The position numbers and the translations under genes are program-made. A stretch of 54,605 bases of DNA. Origin: a virus. Its lineage: Duplodnaviria > Caudoviricetes. The notes below the pieces were generated by a model that saw nothing but the letters and a program-made list of their open reading frames with translations, did not search any database and was not told the origin of the DNA. Numbering within the stretch: position 1 is the stretch's first letter; each line of letters starts with the position of its first letter. Location: positions 1 to 54,605 of IMG/VR virus record IMGVR_UViG_3300037114_000023. The stretch is one strand, 5' to 3'. Shown in pieces: positions 7,795-17,867 of the stretch.

Positions 7795-9386
7795 AAACAG
7801 AAAAGATGACCAGCGAAGGGGTTGAGCTTTTGGCCCAATATCTCGGCGACCAGATTGAGCCGACCGACGCGCCGCCACCGCCGAAAGGAAAGCCTTCTAA
7901 GGCTCCCGCAGATGGCTGGAACCCTGATCTTAACCCGACCCAGAAGAAAATCTTCGACGACCCTGCTGAGAACATCCTAGCTCATTCCGAGAAAGGCGCG
8001 GGAAAAACCATCGGCTTCGCGCACAAGGCCATCCGGCACGCTTACGAGAACAAGAACGCACTCGTCCTGATTATCACGCCGACGATACGAACCGGCAATG
8101 AAGGCATCTGGTACGAAATGGAGACATTGATACTTCCCGCCTGGTCGGAAGGCATTGGACTGGAATACACGAGTTCGCGGCTGGACCCGCTCACGAAAGA
8201 CCGGCATCGCTGGATACGAAACAAGTTTGGAGGCTGGTCGAAACTCCTGCTCATGTCCATCCCGTACGCCAGTCAGGTCGAGGCGCGCATGGCAGGCATG
8301 GCCCCGAGCATGGTTGTGATTGACGAGTTGGACAAATGCGATGGGCGCGAATACTGGACGCTGGTATCCTCGCAGTTGGGACGCCGCAAAGGCATCACTG
8401 GTCCGCAACAATACTGCGCGTCCTGCAACCCCAAAGGGCCGATCCACTGGGTCTATCAGGTATTTTTCGTGGAAAACGTCCATCAGGATACCGGCAAGCA
8501 GATGCACAATTTCTCGGTTTACCATGTTCCGATTACCGAGAACATTCACCGGTTGCCGCCGGGATACGTCGAGCGATTGCACTCGACCTGGGCCAATGAC
8601 CCGATCATGTGGAAGCGGCTCGTCGAAGGCATCTGGATTGACGTTCCAAGCGGTGACGGCCTTTTCAAAATGCAGTTCCGGGCGGACATCCATATCAAGG
8701 GCGATGCCGCAAAGGGGACTGGATTACAGCCCAAGGTGGGTTATCCGGTTTACATCGGGTACGACATAGGCCAGGTGTGGCAGGGCATCACCTTTTTACA
8801 GTCCATCCCGACGCCGGGAAAAAACATCTGGATCGCCTTCGATGAATGCGACCATCTGGACGAGCGCGTAATTTTCAAGGTGCTGGCATGGGAAGTCATC
8901 GAGCGAATGCGCTACTGGCGGAGACGGATGAATTACCAGTTTCAGTACGTGCATATCACAGACGAGAGCGCCATCAACCAATGGCGGCCCGGCGGCGAGG
9001 GCAGTTACGACGCATGGGAGTTCGAGCGGGAGTTTAACGAGGTTCTGGGCGAGTTCGGCGCTATCGGCGCGGAGGGAAAAGTTGAGCCGGCGAAGATGCT
9101 GGGTTGTCCAAAGGGGCCTGGCTCCATAGCGGCCCGCGTGCGGTTGTTGCAGAGTAAATTGCTGCAACAGGAGTTTTTCGCAGGGGCGCAATGCGCGAAC
9201 GTCAAGGATTGCCTGATTAACCTTGACCGGGACAAGAAAGACCCGTCCGTTCCCAGCCGGTCAAGGTGGTCGCACAAATTCGATTCGATTACCTACGTGC
9301 TGTTCAAGGTGGAGATCGGCGGAGACGCGCGGCTGCATCTTACGATTGCCCCTCAACCGGCGGTCAGGCTGATACGGCTGCGGTAG
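7791..9386 (+). CDS. terL: Terminase large subunit
   Basis: Walker A HSEKGAGKT, Walker B VVIDE, coupling motif ASCNP, nuclease IGYDIG and C-terminal HKFDS. Confidence 0.9.
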   Translation: MKTEKMTSEGVELLAQYLGDQIEPTDAPPPPKGKPSKAPADGWNPDLNPTQKKIFDDPAENILAHSEKGAGKTIGFAHKAIRHAYENKNALVLIITPTIRTGNEGIWYEMETLILPAWSEGIGLEYTSSRLDPLTKDRHRWIRNKFGGWSKLLLMSIPYASQVEARMAGMAPSMVVIDELDKCDGREYWTLVSSQLGRRKGITGPQQYCASCNPKGPIHWVYQVFFVENVHQDTGKQMHNFSVYHVPITENIHRLPPGYVERLHSTWANDPIMWKRLVEGIWIDVPSGDGLFKMQFRADIHIKGDAAKGTGLQPKVGYPVYIGYDIGQVWQGITFLQSIPTPGKNIWIAFDECDHLDERVIFKVLAWEVIERMRYWRRRMNYQFQYVHITDESAINQWRPGGEGSYDAWEFEREFNEVLGEFGAIGAEGKVEPAKMLGCPKGPGSIAARVRLLQSKLLQQEFFAGAQCANVKDCLINLDRDKKDPSVPSRSRWSHKFDSITYVLFKVEIGGDARLHLTIAPQPAVRLIRLR

Positions 9387-9435
9387 AATGGTGTTGCCAC
9401 GGCAAATTATCTGATATACGTTTCCGCCCAAGAGC

Positions 9436-9672
9436 ATGGACAGCGAGATAAGCGCCGATGATGAGAAAGTTATCCAAAAAGCCCTGGATACCTTGCGGGA
9501 ACACTTCGATTGGGCGCAGATTTTCGTCGGCAGAAAGAATGAGACCGGGGAAGCAACCGATAATGCCTGTCAGGGCAGTGGGGATTGGTTTGCGCGTTAC
9601 GGAGCGATTGACTGCTGGCTGATAAAGCGGAAAGAGGAAACCCGGCTCGAAGTTCACAAGGAGGCAACATGA
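9436..9672 (+). CDS. Hypothetical protein
   Basis: 78-aa ORF preceded by a TTGCCA-N17-TACGTT candidate promoter. Confidence 0.7.
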   Translation: MDSEISADDEKVIQKALDTLREHFDWAQIFVGRKNETGEATDNACQGSGDWFARYGAIDCWLIKRKEETRLEVHKEAT

Positions 9673-10049
9673 GCGATAATTTGGATAAAAAAGACAAGAT
9701 ACTCATTCATCCCAACCCCAACTCGCCGAAGCAGGGAGAAATCATCCTTGACCCGGATGACGCATCGGAATTTCTGGAGTTTTTCAGTCGCATGAATCCC
9801 GGCGATGAGTTCAAGGGAACCTACAAGGCGACTATGGACGAGTTCGGCCAGAAGATTATCCGCGCCTCGATCATGGAAATCACGATTGACACCGAGGAAG
9901 GTGAGAACAGCCCGAAAGGCGACGATATTGACGAGGAAGATAAGAAGGGGAACGGCGTAACCTCAGCCGCCGTCGAAATGATGAAGAACGAGGAAGGGGT
10001 GCCGGACAACCCCAACAATCTGCCGCAGGACACAATGCCAACGCATTAG
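9669..10049 (+). CDS. Acidic hypothetical protein
   Basis: 126 aa, coupled start. Confidence 0.7.
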   Translation: MSDNLDKKDKILIHPNPNSPKQGEIILDPDDASEFLEFFSRMNPGDEFKGTYKATMDEFGQKIIRASIMEITIDTEEGENSPKGDDIDEEDKKGNGVTSAAVEMMKNEEGVPDNPNNLPQDTMPTH

Positions 10050-10050
10050 G

Positions 10051-10236
10051 ATGCTCTCCAACCGTCAACTCGCGGCTCGCAAATTCCGCGAAAAGCAGCG
10101 ACGGGCGAGGATGCTGGAAGTGCGGCTTGACCGCCAGGTTGCCCGCGCCGAAGCCTTCAAGAGGGGCGCGACTCGAAAGAAGTGGCTGGCGATGGCTGAA
10201 AAGACCAGACAGGAATTGCGTGAAACGGACCATTAA
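10051..10236 (+). CDS. Small basic helical protein
   Basis: 61 aa, R/K rich, fills the gap in the operon. Confidence 0.5.
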   Translation: MLSNRQLAARKFREKQRRARMLEVRLDRQVARAEAFKRGATRKKWLAMAEKTRQELRETDH

Positions 10237-10561
10237 CCAGCGGCACAATAAGGAGCATCCCTTGGACTCAATGGTCGCTCCGCTGATTTTCAGCCGGTAT
10301 CGGCAGGCGGGAATCATCCCCGGATGGGGTGTTGAGAGGGTGAGAAAACTGGCGCATTTGTCGAACCGCACGGTCGAGGAACTCGGGGCGATGGCGGGAC
10401 TCATGCCGAGCGAGACGAGGACAGCAATGAAAAGAGGCTTGTTTTCCCCGCCGGTAAGCCTACATTTCGCCATGATTGACGCCGCATTAAGGTCCGCAAA
10501 GTTTGGCGAACCGAGCGAGCCGATTGTGCCTTTGGAAATTACCGCAGAAAAAGAAACCTGA
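10220..10561 (+). CDS. HTH-like hypothetical protein (start uncertain)
   Basis: RVRKLAHLSNRTVEELGAMAGL. Confidence 0.5.
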   Translation: MKRTINQRHNKEHPLDSMVAPLIFSRYRQAGIIPGWGVERVRKLAHLSNRTVEELGAMAGLMPSETRTAMKRGLFSPPVSLHFAMIDAALRSAKFGEPSEPIVPLEITAEKET

Positions 10562-10562
10562 A

Positions 10563-11279
10563 ATGCCAGCCAGATTACAACTCGTGGGGCAGAAGTTTAA
10601 CAAACTCACCGTAGTAGAGTCCGCTGGTTCAAGCAAGTTCGGAACGAGCCTTTGGAGGTGTGTATGCGAGTGCGGTGGTGAAAAGGTTGTGATTGGCAAT
10701 AATCTTAAAACCGGCCATATAAAAACCTGCGGCTGTTCGATTTATTCCAATAATAAGACCCCGGACCAAAAGAAAGAAATCAAGTTCGCCCATGAGGCCA
10801 GACGAAAGGCGGCATATAAAGCAAGTCCAGAAAAGAGAAGGGCTGCGGTAATTCGGGCGAGGCGGTGGATGAATTCAAATCCAGAAAAGTGGCGAGAGGG
10901 ACACAGAGTTTATCAAGCTAATTTGCGACAGCAGCCGCGCAATAAGATTCATTCAAGGATGTCTGCCGGGGTTCGGGCATCCATGAGGGATGGAAAGAAT
11001 GGGCGAAGCTGGGAATCAATTCTTGGCTACACGTCCGCCGATCTTCACAGGCATTTGAAACTGCTTTTCAAGCCGGGAATGACCTGGGAGAAATTCGCCG
11101 CAGGGGAGATTCATATTGACCACATCATCCCGAAGGCGAAGTTTTCGTTCACTTCGGAGAATGACATTGACTTCAAACGCTGTTGGGCGATGGAGAACCT
11201 GAAACCGGAGTGGGCGCTTGTGAACACATCGCGCGGAAGCAAAATTCTTGAACCGTCACAAATCGCTTTAGGTGTATAA
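10563..11279 (+). CDS. HNH homing-type endonuclease
   Basis: N-terminal GQKFNKLTV...WRCVCECG DNA-binding module; C-terminal HIDHIIP...CWAMENL. Confidence 0.8.
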   Translation: MPARLQLVGQKFNKLTVVESAGSSKFGTSLWRCVCECGGEKVVIGNNLKTGHIKTCGCSIYSNNKTPDQKKEIKFAHEARRKAAYKASPEKRRAAVIRARRWMNSNPEKWREGHRVYQANLRQQPRNKIHSRMSAGVRASMRDGKNGRSWESILGYTSADLHRHLKLLFKPGMTWEKFAAGEIHIDHIIPKAKFSFTSENDIDFKRCWAMENLKPEWALVNTSRGSKILEPSQIALGV

Positions 11280-11281
11280 AT

Positions 11282-13717
11282 ATGCCTCTGGATTTTGAAA
11301 TTCTAAACCAGTTTGGGACTTCTGACGAAGTAATAAGAGAGTTTTTTTGCAGTGTCCCTCCGACTGGGGCGCAAGAAGCAAAAATGACAAAGAAAGAATT
11401 ACGCACTAGGGAGCGTAATTGCAAGCAGCGGAAGCGGTTTGAGACCTGGCTGAGTGGGATCTTGCAGGAACACATTGTTTTCTCCTTATCAAATCATTCC
11501 AAGTACGCGGCTGTAGATATGGCGTGGGATTCATTTCCAGTAAATTCCCATGTCGTTCCCTTGATGTTGTACGCGTCTGGGCGTTGTGATTTAGCCAAAG
11601 TTGAAAGCAGTCTGAAAAGCGTCGAAGGGGGAAGCAACTATCTCCGAAAAAACGACAAAGGCGAAGTCGTCGGCGTAAACCTGCCAAAGTTCTACGAGGT
11701 CAACATCAACCTTCTGCGCTCGGTGATTACCCGCCGTCGGGCCGCGCAAGTCGAGAAATATGACCGGCTCTATCCGTATTTCCTTTACGAATCCCGCGAC
11801 CAGACCCAGGTGGGAAAACTTCGCGCCGACATGGTGAGTCAACGCATGGACGTGATGGCCGACCAGTTTGGCTACCGGCACATGATGTCGCAGGCAACCC
11901 TCCACATGCTGCTTTACGCGCATACCGCGGCATTTCCCAGAAGCTATTGGGAGCGCGAGGTGTCGCTGGAAAAAATGCCCGGTAACGCGAAAACCGAGGA
12001 CGGAAAAATTCGCACGCGCACGCGGGTTACACGCGAGGGAATCTCATGGGTGCTGCCGCATCCCAGCCGTTTGTTTTACGACAACAATTACCCGCTGACT
12101 TCGCTCAACGAGGATCAGGGCTGCGAGTATGTCGGCTTCTGGGACGTGACCCGCTGGGGCGACATCGCGCACAATCCGGATTATTTCAATCGGAAGAAGG
12201 TGAGCTACACGTCGGGCATGGTGGACTGGTTCTCAACCTACTGGGCCTACTTCAACCAGTATTTCACCACGATTATCCCGCCCTCGATTCCTTCGGCGCG
12301 CGGCGACAATGTCAATTTCACGAACGACAGGAAGAATCAGGTCGGGCTGTTCACCGGCAACATGGAGCAAGTCTCGACCATCTTCACGCATTTATGGGTA
12401 AAGGTGCTGCCGCAGAACTGGGGCTGGGGCCGCTATCCATATCCGATTTGGGTGCATTTGAAAGTGGCCGGGGACGCCACGGTCGTTTACGCTAAGATTT
12501 GCCCGTCGTCACCGGCGGCGGTATTTTCCCACAACGAGAATGATGCCCGACTGTTCAATATCTCGCTGGCGCATGAGTTGATGCCGTTTCAGGACCAGCT
12601 TACGAATTTGTTCACGCAATTTCTCGAAACCGTCCATCAGGACTTGCTCTCTGTGTGCGTGCTGAACACCGATGTATTTCCCGATACGGAGGAAGGAAAA
12701 TCGGCCCGTGCGGATTTTGAGGCGGTGTTGAGCGGCAAGGATACCAATGCCTCGATGCACCTTTTGGAAGTCAGTTACATGAAGCTAAAGGAGTTGGGCA
12801 TTGACGCCAAGGACGTGTTTACCGTGGTTCGCGCCAAACCGAACACCAGCATTGACAAGATTTTCGAGTCCATCACGCAGCTTTTGAACATGACTGACCG
12901 GCTGGAGGTCATGTCCCCGCATGAACAGGCGCAAGCCGCGAGCCACGAAATCAGCGCCACTGAGAGTCATCAGATGGGGCAAAGCACGGACACGGTTTTT
13001 AATTTCATTTCGACCGGCATAGACGAGGGAAGGGCCGCGATTAAGCGGATCTGTTACGACTCACTGGTGTCCTGTTCGGAAAATGATTTGGAACTTACCG
13101 TCGCCAATCGGTATGCCGACGACGTGGTCAAGGCCGCCGGCTTCAAGCCAACCGGCGATGCGATGGCGGACTCGCTTGGCTTTACGAGGCTCATGGGCGA
13201 CAAAACGGATTTGATTCACGATTACATTTTCACGTCCAGGGATGCCGGGGATCGTCCGGCGGGTTCGCAAGCCGCGCAGATATTGGTTCAAATGTTGCAG
13301 GCCATCGGAAGTTTCGAGGCCGACATGCAGCAAGCGATTTTGGCGGCGATGGGCAAGACCAAGCTGTTCGAGATAATGAACACGATTTTCCGCGCCATTG
13401 ACGCCGGGATTGACCTGAAACTCGAATTGAAGCCCGGCGAGAAGGACGAACTGTTAATGTCACAGGACGAGCAGATGAAGTCCGCGATGAGCCGGATGGC
13501 GGGGATGCTGCAAAAGGACACGCAAGACATTGACGACATCCACCAGTTTTTGCAGGCGTTGACCCAGATTATCGGCCAGAGCAATCCGGCGGCAGGGCAG
13601 CAAATCGCGCAGTTAATGCAGCGGTTGCAGGCCGGGGCGCAGAAGCAGTTGCAGACACCGCAGCCCGGAGGGCCGCCGGGAGCGCAACCGCCGGGCCAGC
13701 CACCACAGCAGTTTTAA
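11282..13717 (+). CDS. Portal protein
   Basis: 811 aa, position after TerL, helical Gln/Pro-rich C-terminus as in P22-like portals. Confidence 0.75.
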   Translation: MPLDFEILNQFGTSDEVIREFFCSVPPTGAQEAKMTKKELRTRERNCKQRKRFETWLSGILQEHIVFSLSNHSKYAAVDMAWDSFPVNSHVVPLMLYASGRCDLAKVESSLKSVEGGSNYLRKNDKGEVVGVNLPKFYEVNINLLRSVITRRRAAQVEKYDRLYPYFLYESRDQTQVGKLRADMVSQRMDVMADQFGYRHMMSQATLHMLLYAHTAAFPRSYWEREVSLEKMPGNAKTEDGKIRTRTRVTREGISWVLPHPSRLFYDNNYPLTSLNEDQGCEYVGFWDVTRWGDIAHNPDYFNRKKVSYTSGMVDWFSTYWAYFNQYFTTIIPPSIPSARGDNVNFTNDRKNQVGLFTGNMEQVSTIFTHLWVKVLPQNWGWGRYPYPIWVHLKVAGDATVVYAKICPSSPAAVFSHNENDARLFNISLAHELMPFQDQLTNLFTQFLETVHQDLLSVCVLNTDVFPDTEEGKSARADFEAVLSGKDTNASMHLLEVSYMKLKELGIDAKDVFTVVRAKPNTSIDKIFESITQLLNMTDRLEVMSPHEQAQAASHEISATESHQMGQSTDTVFNFISTGIDEGRAAIKRICYDSLVSCSENDLELTVANRYADDVVKAAGFKPTGDAMADSLGFTRLMGDKTDLIHDYIFTSRDAGDRPAGSQAAQILVQMLQAIGSFEADMQQAILAAMGKTKLFEIMNTIFRAIDAGIDLKLELKPGEKDELLMSQDEQMKSAMSRMAGMLQKDTQDIDDIHQFLQALTQIIGQSNPAAGQQIAQLMQRLQAGAQKQLQTPQPGGPPGAQPPGQPPQQF

Positions 13718-13747
13718 CAGCAGTAAACCAAAACCGAGACGAAAATT

Positions 13748-14062
13748 ATGAAAGTAATCACTGACGGGCACCGCTACGAGTTGCCAAACTTCGAGCGACC
13801 CGACCAAAAAGGGCAGGAACTCCAGTTCATCGAGAAACTTCCCGAAACAGGAAACCCCACACGCCTGCTAACCGTAAACGACGGCACCACGAACGAGGCT
13901 GTGCTGGAGGTGCTTATTGACCGCCTGAACTATCTCAACGGCAAGTTTCCCTGCCGTGAAAACTCCGTCGCTCTGACGCATTTGGACTCGGCTTTGTTAT
14001 GGTTAAACAAGCGCACCAATGACCGGAAGAAACGCGGAGTTGAAGGAAAGGCGGCGGCATGA
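13748..14062 (+). CDS. tad1: Tad1/Acb2-family immune signal sponge (anti-Thoeris/CBASS-like)
   Basis: GTTNEAVLEVLIDRL...FPCRENSVALTHLDSALLWLNKRTNDRKKRGVEG resembles the Tad1 C-terminal helical hairpin. Confidence 0.72.
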   Translation: MKVITDGHRYELPNFERPDQKGQELQFIEKLPETGNPTRLLTVNDGTTNEAVLEVLIDRLNYLNGKFPCRENSVALTHLDSALLWLNKRTNDRKKRGVEGKAAA

Positions 14063-14310
14063 GTGAAAAAATCGAAGAAATAGAGGGCAAATTACGCACT
14101 GTGGTTTGCGACAACCTTGGCGTCGAGCCGACGCAAGTAACCAGCAGCGCGAGGTTCATCGAGGACCTGGGCGCGGATTCGCTGGATTGTGTCGAAATCA
14201 TCATGGGCGCGGAGGAAGCATTCCCCAGCCTTGAAATCCCCGACGAGGATTCCGAGAAGTTGACCACCTTCGGGCAGATGGTGGAATACATCAAAGAAAA
14301 GGTGGCTTAA
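14059..14310 (+). CDS. acpP: Acyl carrier protein
   Basis: FIEDLGADSLDCVEIIMGAEEAF phosphopantetheine motif; acidic, 83 aa. Confidence 0.93.
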   Translation: MSEKIEEIEGKLRTVVCDNLGVEPTQVTSSARFIEDLGADSLDCVEIIMGAEEAFPSLEIPDEDSEKLTTFGQMVEYIKEKVA

Positions 14311-14340
14311 ACCGTAAACCCCCAACCAAGAGACGAAATT

Positions 14341-15765
14341 ATGGCAGACGCACCCAGCACTGTAGCCCCCCCACCGCCCGCACCGCCCGAGCCACCGGCT
14401 GCACCAGCAGCGCCGGAACCGCCAAAGCCAGCCGCAGACCCGTTGCTTATGCGGATTCTGGAGGGTTTGAAGGGCGAGCCGGAAACCCCGGTGGTTGCCG
14501 CGGCACCCGAACCGCCGGTAGAGCCGCCAGTGGCACCGCCGGTTGAACCGCCCGTCGAGCCTCCTGTTGTTCCGGCCGCCCCAGCCGCCCCGGCAATCAA
14601 AAGGATAAGGTCGGTCGCGCAGGATCACCCGCTGTTATCCACCGAACCAGCCCCGCGCCAACCGGCAGTAGCGCCGGTATTGCCGCCGGTGACATCACAG
14701 CCGGACATGGCTCTCACCGAGGAACAGCGCGACGAACTGGCCGAGGCGATGGTGGCAGAGCGGTTGTTCCCTGATAAATACAAGGGATTTTCGGACAGGC
14801 TCAGGGCGTGGATGCAGAAATCCAGCAGCGAGCAAGAGGCCCTGTTCCAGCAAAATCCAAACATCACCCAGGAGGACGACGAGTATCAGGCCACTCTCAA
14901 GGGCAAGCCAAGGATAGGCGAGGGGGACGCGAGGAAGGTTCTCCGAACGATGGGCGCCGAGGAAGCCACCCGAGCCACCAGGCAGGAAATGCAGCCTGCC
15001 ATTGAGAAGGCGGCGATGGACGCCAAATACGCGAAGATACTGCCGGAGGTCAAGGAATTCGTCAGCAAGAAGTTCGGGCTGTATATCGCGCAGGTAATCC
15101 AGAGCGATGAAAAATCCCCGCTGTTGCCCTGCCTGAAACTTTACCTTGAGAAAGGCGAGGAAGCTGCGGCAAAGAAATACCCGCTGGAATTCAACATCCT
15201 CCGCGACCAGACCAGGACCATCCAGACCATGACGGCGGAGTTCATGTTCATGCGGAACAACGCGAAACCTTTCGATCCAGCCAACCCGCATCACCTTGCC
15301 GTGTCGGACTTTATCGCCCAGGAAGGGCGGGCCTTCGAGCAAAAAGGCGGGAAGATGCTGGTTCGCAATGGCCGGATGTTCATGCCCCGCGAAAAATTCC
15401 TGAGTCTCTACCGCACCGACCTGGAGGAATGGAAAAGCTGGGATGAACAAAACTGGACGACGAACCGGTATTGGACGTTCACGGACACCGCGATTACCGA
15501 CATGATGGGGTGGCGGGTGAAGCAGGCATCCGAAAATTTAATAGATGCCGAGCGTCAAAGGGCCAAAAGATACGGCTTTACGGAAGCGCCGCCCGAACAG
15601 ATTGAAAATCCGCAACCGCCGCCGCCGGAGCCGATACGCGCGCCAAGGACGACGGTAACTCCGGCACCTGGAAGCACGACGCCCCCGAAAACGGCCTCAA
15701 CCGAGGGCGATACCGCCATCCCGGTAAGCAAGGTGGCTTCCTACCTGAAAAAGACGACAGTTTGA
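14341..15765 (+). CDS. Probable capsid scaffolding protein
   Basis: Pro/Glu repeats (PVEPP), helical, between portal and capsid. Confidence 0.55.
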   Translation: MADAPSTVAPPPPAPPEPPAAPAAPEPPKPAADPLLMRILEGLKGEPETPVVAAAPEPPVEPPVAPPVEPPVEPPVVPAAPAAPAIKRIRSVAQDHPLLSTEPAPRQPAVAPVLPPVTSQPDMALTEEQRDELAEAMVAERLFPDKYKGFSDRLRAWMQKSSSEQEALFQQNPNITQEDDEYQATLKGKPRIGEGDARKVLRTMGAEEATRATRQEMQPAIEKAAMDAKYAKILPEVKEFVSKKFGLYIAQVIQSDEKSPLLPCLKLYLEKGEEAAAKKYPLEFNILRDQTRTIQTMTAEFMFMRNNAKPFDPANPHHLAVSDFIAQEGRAFEQKGGKMLVRNGRMFMPREKFLSLYRTDLEEWKSWDEQNWTTNRYWTFTDTAITDMMGWRVKQASENLIDAERQRAKRYGFTEAPPEQIENPQPPPPEPIRAPRTTVTPAPGSTTPPKTASTEGDTAIPVSKVASYLKKTTV

Positions 15766-15798
15766 TTGTAAGTTGCCAATCTTAAATTCTCGAAAATC

Positions 15799-15835
15799 GG
15801 CACTGGAAAATGAAGGCTTCCAGTGCCTTTTTCTT
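15799..15835 (+). terminator. Intrinsic terminator
   Basis: GGCACTGGAA/TTCCAGTGCC stem followed by TTTTTCTTT. Confidence 0.7.
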
Positions 15836-15906
15836 TGTACGCCCATGATTAACGATAAAGTAGTGGGTAACAAAAGGCGCACATCGCGCCGAAACGAGAA
15901 ACGATT

Positions 15907-17823
15907 ATGGCAATTACGAATACGCCTCCGGGAGCTTCCCAAACTCCAAACCAAGCCGCAAATGGCTTTAACGCTGATAATTGCAGTCCCCGGCTGATCG
16001 AGGTGGATGATGCAATGAGTCTCACCCGGGCGAACATCACTGGCTGGAACCCATCCGACATTGAATCCAATTTCTTCAAGGAAGTCGGGCTGGACCGGAT
16101 CATCGCGCAGACCAAAGAGGCGCGGATGGCCGGCTCGATGCAGCGTGTATTGAGCGACCTGTTGCTCTCGCGCCACACCCCGCTCAAGGTTGGCGGCGGC
16201 GTAAACACCCAGTCCATCATTCAGCCTTTCCGCTTGGTGCCGCGCCGGAACCGCGTGAATCCCGGATATTTCCGAATTCGCACAGGCGCAACACTGGCCA
16301 CTTGGACCGGCCAGGGTGGCAACGGCACCACGAATGTCGCTTTCACTGGAGTTTTCAACGGGGCCGTCAATTACAATTCCGCCATCGGCGCATTGTGGGT
16401 TTTGACCGTGAACAACGGCAGCATTGATGCAGATAGTTCGCCGTTCGCGAAATCCCCGAACAATGTCCTCAAAAATCCCGAGAAATATTTCCTTCCCAGA
16501 CATGGCCTTACCTGCGAATGGGTGGACAACAGTGGAAACCACCAGGTCGCGCAGATGAAGATTGTGGACAGCGCCTCCGGTGCGGACACCAATCAGGCTT
16601 ACATTTTGGTCTGCCCGAACCGGACGTTCAAGGGCGACTCGACCATCCCCAGCGGTACTTTGACCCCGAACGGCACTACGCCGGCAACAGTTACCGGTGT
16701 GTTTGGCGTCCTCTCCGCCTCGACAAATGGCTGGTGGGAATCCGCGAGTTCCGGCGTTCAGGCCACCTATCAGCCGCCAACCGGACTCTGCCGCATCGGC
16801 GCGAACTCGGTCAGCGATTATCAGCAATACGGCAACTCGACGCCCGGTTACAACGAGTACGGGCTGATCGAATACTGGAGGCAGACGCACCGCTGGGTTC
16901 ACCAGTATAACGATGAGTACGTCAAGGCATTGGAAGCCACGACCACGAGCGAAGGTTTGAAAAAGTTTCGGTTGCTTCCCCTCGCCAAGCTCCGCGCTCA
17001 ACAGGAGAAGTTTTCCGACGATTATTTCTTCGAGACCTGTTTTTACGGCGACATCATCAACGAAAACCAGACGGTTTCCGGATGGTTCAACCTGCCGCCT
17101 GTGGTTGACCCCGCGTGGGCGTCCTCCGGCCAGAGTGGCACGCTCGCCCTCGAATACCTGTCGAACACCATCGGCATCCGCCCGCAGATTGCGGCTTGCG
17201 GCAATGTGTTCGATTTCCAGAACGGCCCGCTCGACGTGGACGCCATTTTTGAAGCCGCTTACTTCGTGCGGCGCGAACGCCAGGGAGAGGCGACCCAGGA
17301 AGTCCGGGACATTGACATAATGACCGACAACCTTTTCACCCGGCCATTGCTGCGCCAGATGATGACCAAGTATTACAAGGCGAAATACGGCGTGGACAAT
17401 GTCCAGATGTGGATGAAGTCCGGCGAGAAAATCAGTTTCATGGGCATGGTAATGTTCGAGTATGACAGCTACGAACTGCCCGACCAGGGCTTGACCCTCC
17501 ATGTGTTCGGCGACAACTACTTCGATGACCGTGTGGCCCAGTTCCAGACCGGCCAGAAATCCGCTGGTCGCGGCATTTGGATGTTGGACTGGTCGGACAT
17601 CGCGGTCGGCGTGATGAAGTCCATGAGCGTGCCCCGCACGAACAATCTGGCGGACAACGTCTATAAGTTCGTCATCCAGCAGAACGTGCAGCATGTCCTG
17701 CTCAACAGCAAGACCTTTGAAGTCGCGGTCGGCAACACCAACCGCCATCGGCTGTTTGAAAACTACAGCGATTCGTGCGCGAAACTCACCGTCCCCGGTT
17801 GCGACCTCTCGGTGAACCAATAA
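15907..17823 (+). CDS. Major capsid protein with a large insertion
   Basis: 638 aa, position, strong codon bias, own leader and terminator context. Confidence 0.7.
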   Translation: MAITNTPPGASQTPNQAANGFNADNCSPRLIEVDDAMSLTRANITGWNPSDIESNFFKEVGLDRIIAQTKEARMAGSMQRVLSDLLLSRHTPLKVGGGVNTQSIIQPFRLVPRRNRVNPGYFRIRTGATLATWTGQGGNGTTNVAFTGVFNGAVNYNSAIGALWVLTVNNGSIDADSSPFAKSPNNVLKNPEKYFLPRHGLTCEWVDNSGNHQVAQMKIVDSASGADTNQAYILVCPNRTFKGDSTIPSGTLTPNGTTPATVTGVFGVLSASTNGWWESASSGVQATYQPPTGLCRIGANSVSDYQQYGNSTPGYNEYGLIEYWRQTHRWVHQYNDEYVKALEATTTSEGLKKFRLLPLAKLRAQQEKFSDDYFFETCFYGDIINENQTVSGWFNLPPVVDPAWASSGQSGTLALEYLSNTIGIRPQIAACGNVFDFQNGPLDVDAIFEAAYFVRRERQGEATQEVRDIDIMTDNLFTRPLLRQMMTKYYKAKYGVDNVQMWMKSGEKISFMGMVMFEYDSYELPDQGLTLHVFGDNYFDDRVAQFQTGQKSAGRGIWMLDWSDIAVGVMKSMSVPRTNNLADNVYKFVIQQNVQHVLLNSKTFEVAVGNTNRHRLFENYSDSCAKLTVPGCDLSVNQ

Positions 17824-17832
17824 GCCCAATAG

Positions 17833-17867
17833 CTGAAACGAAATATCGGTAAACTGAAACGAAATAT
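17833..17867 (+). repeat. Tandem 14-bp direct repeat
   Basis: CTGAAACGAAATAT at 17833 and 17854; the second runs into the ATG. Confidence 0.85.

Noticed and set aside
10563-11279. Group I intron around the HNH gene
   Set aside because: The gene abuts intact neighbours with 1-2 nt gaps, leaving no room for intron RNA; it is free-standing
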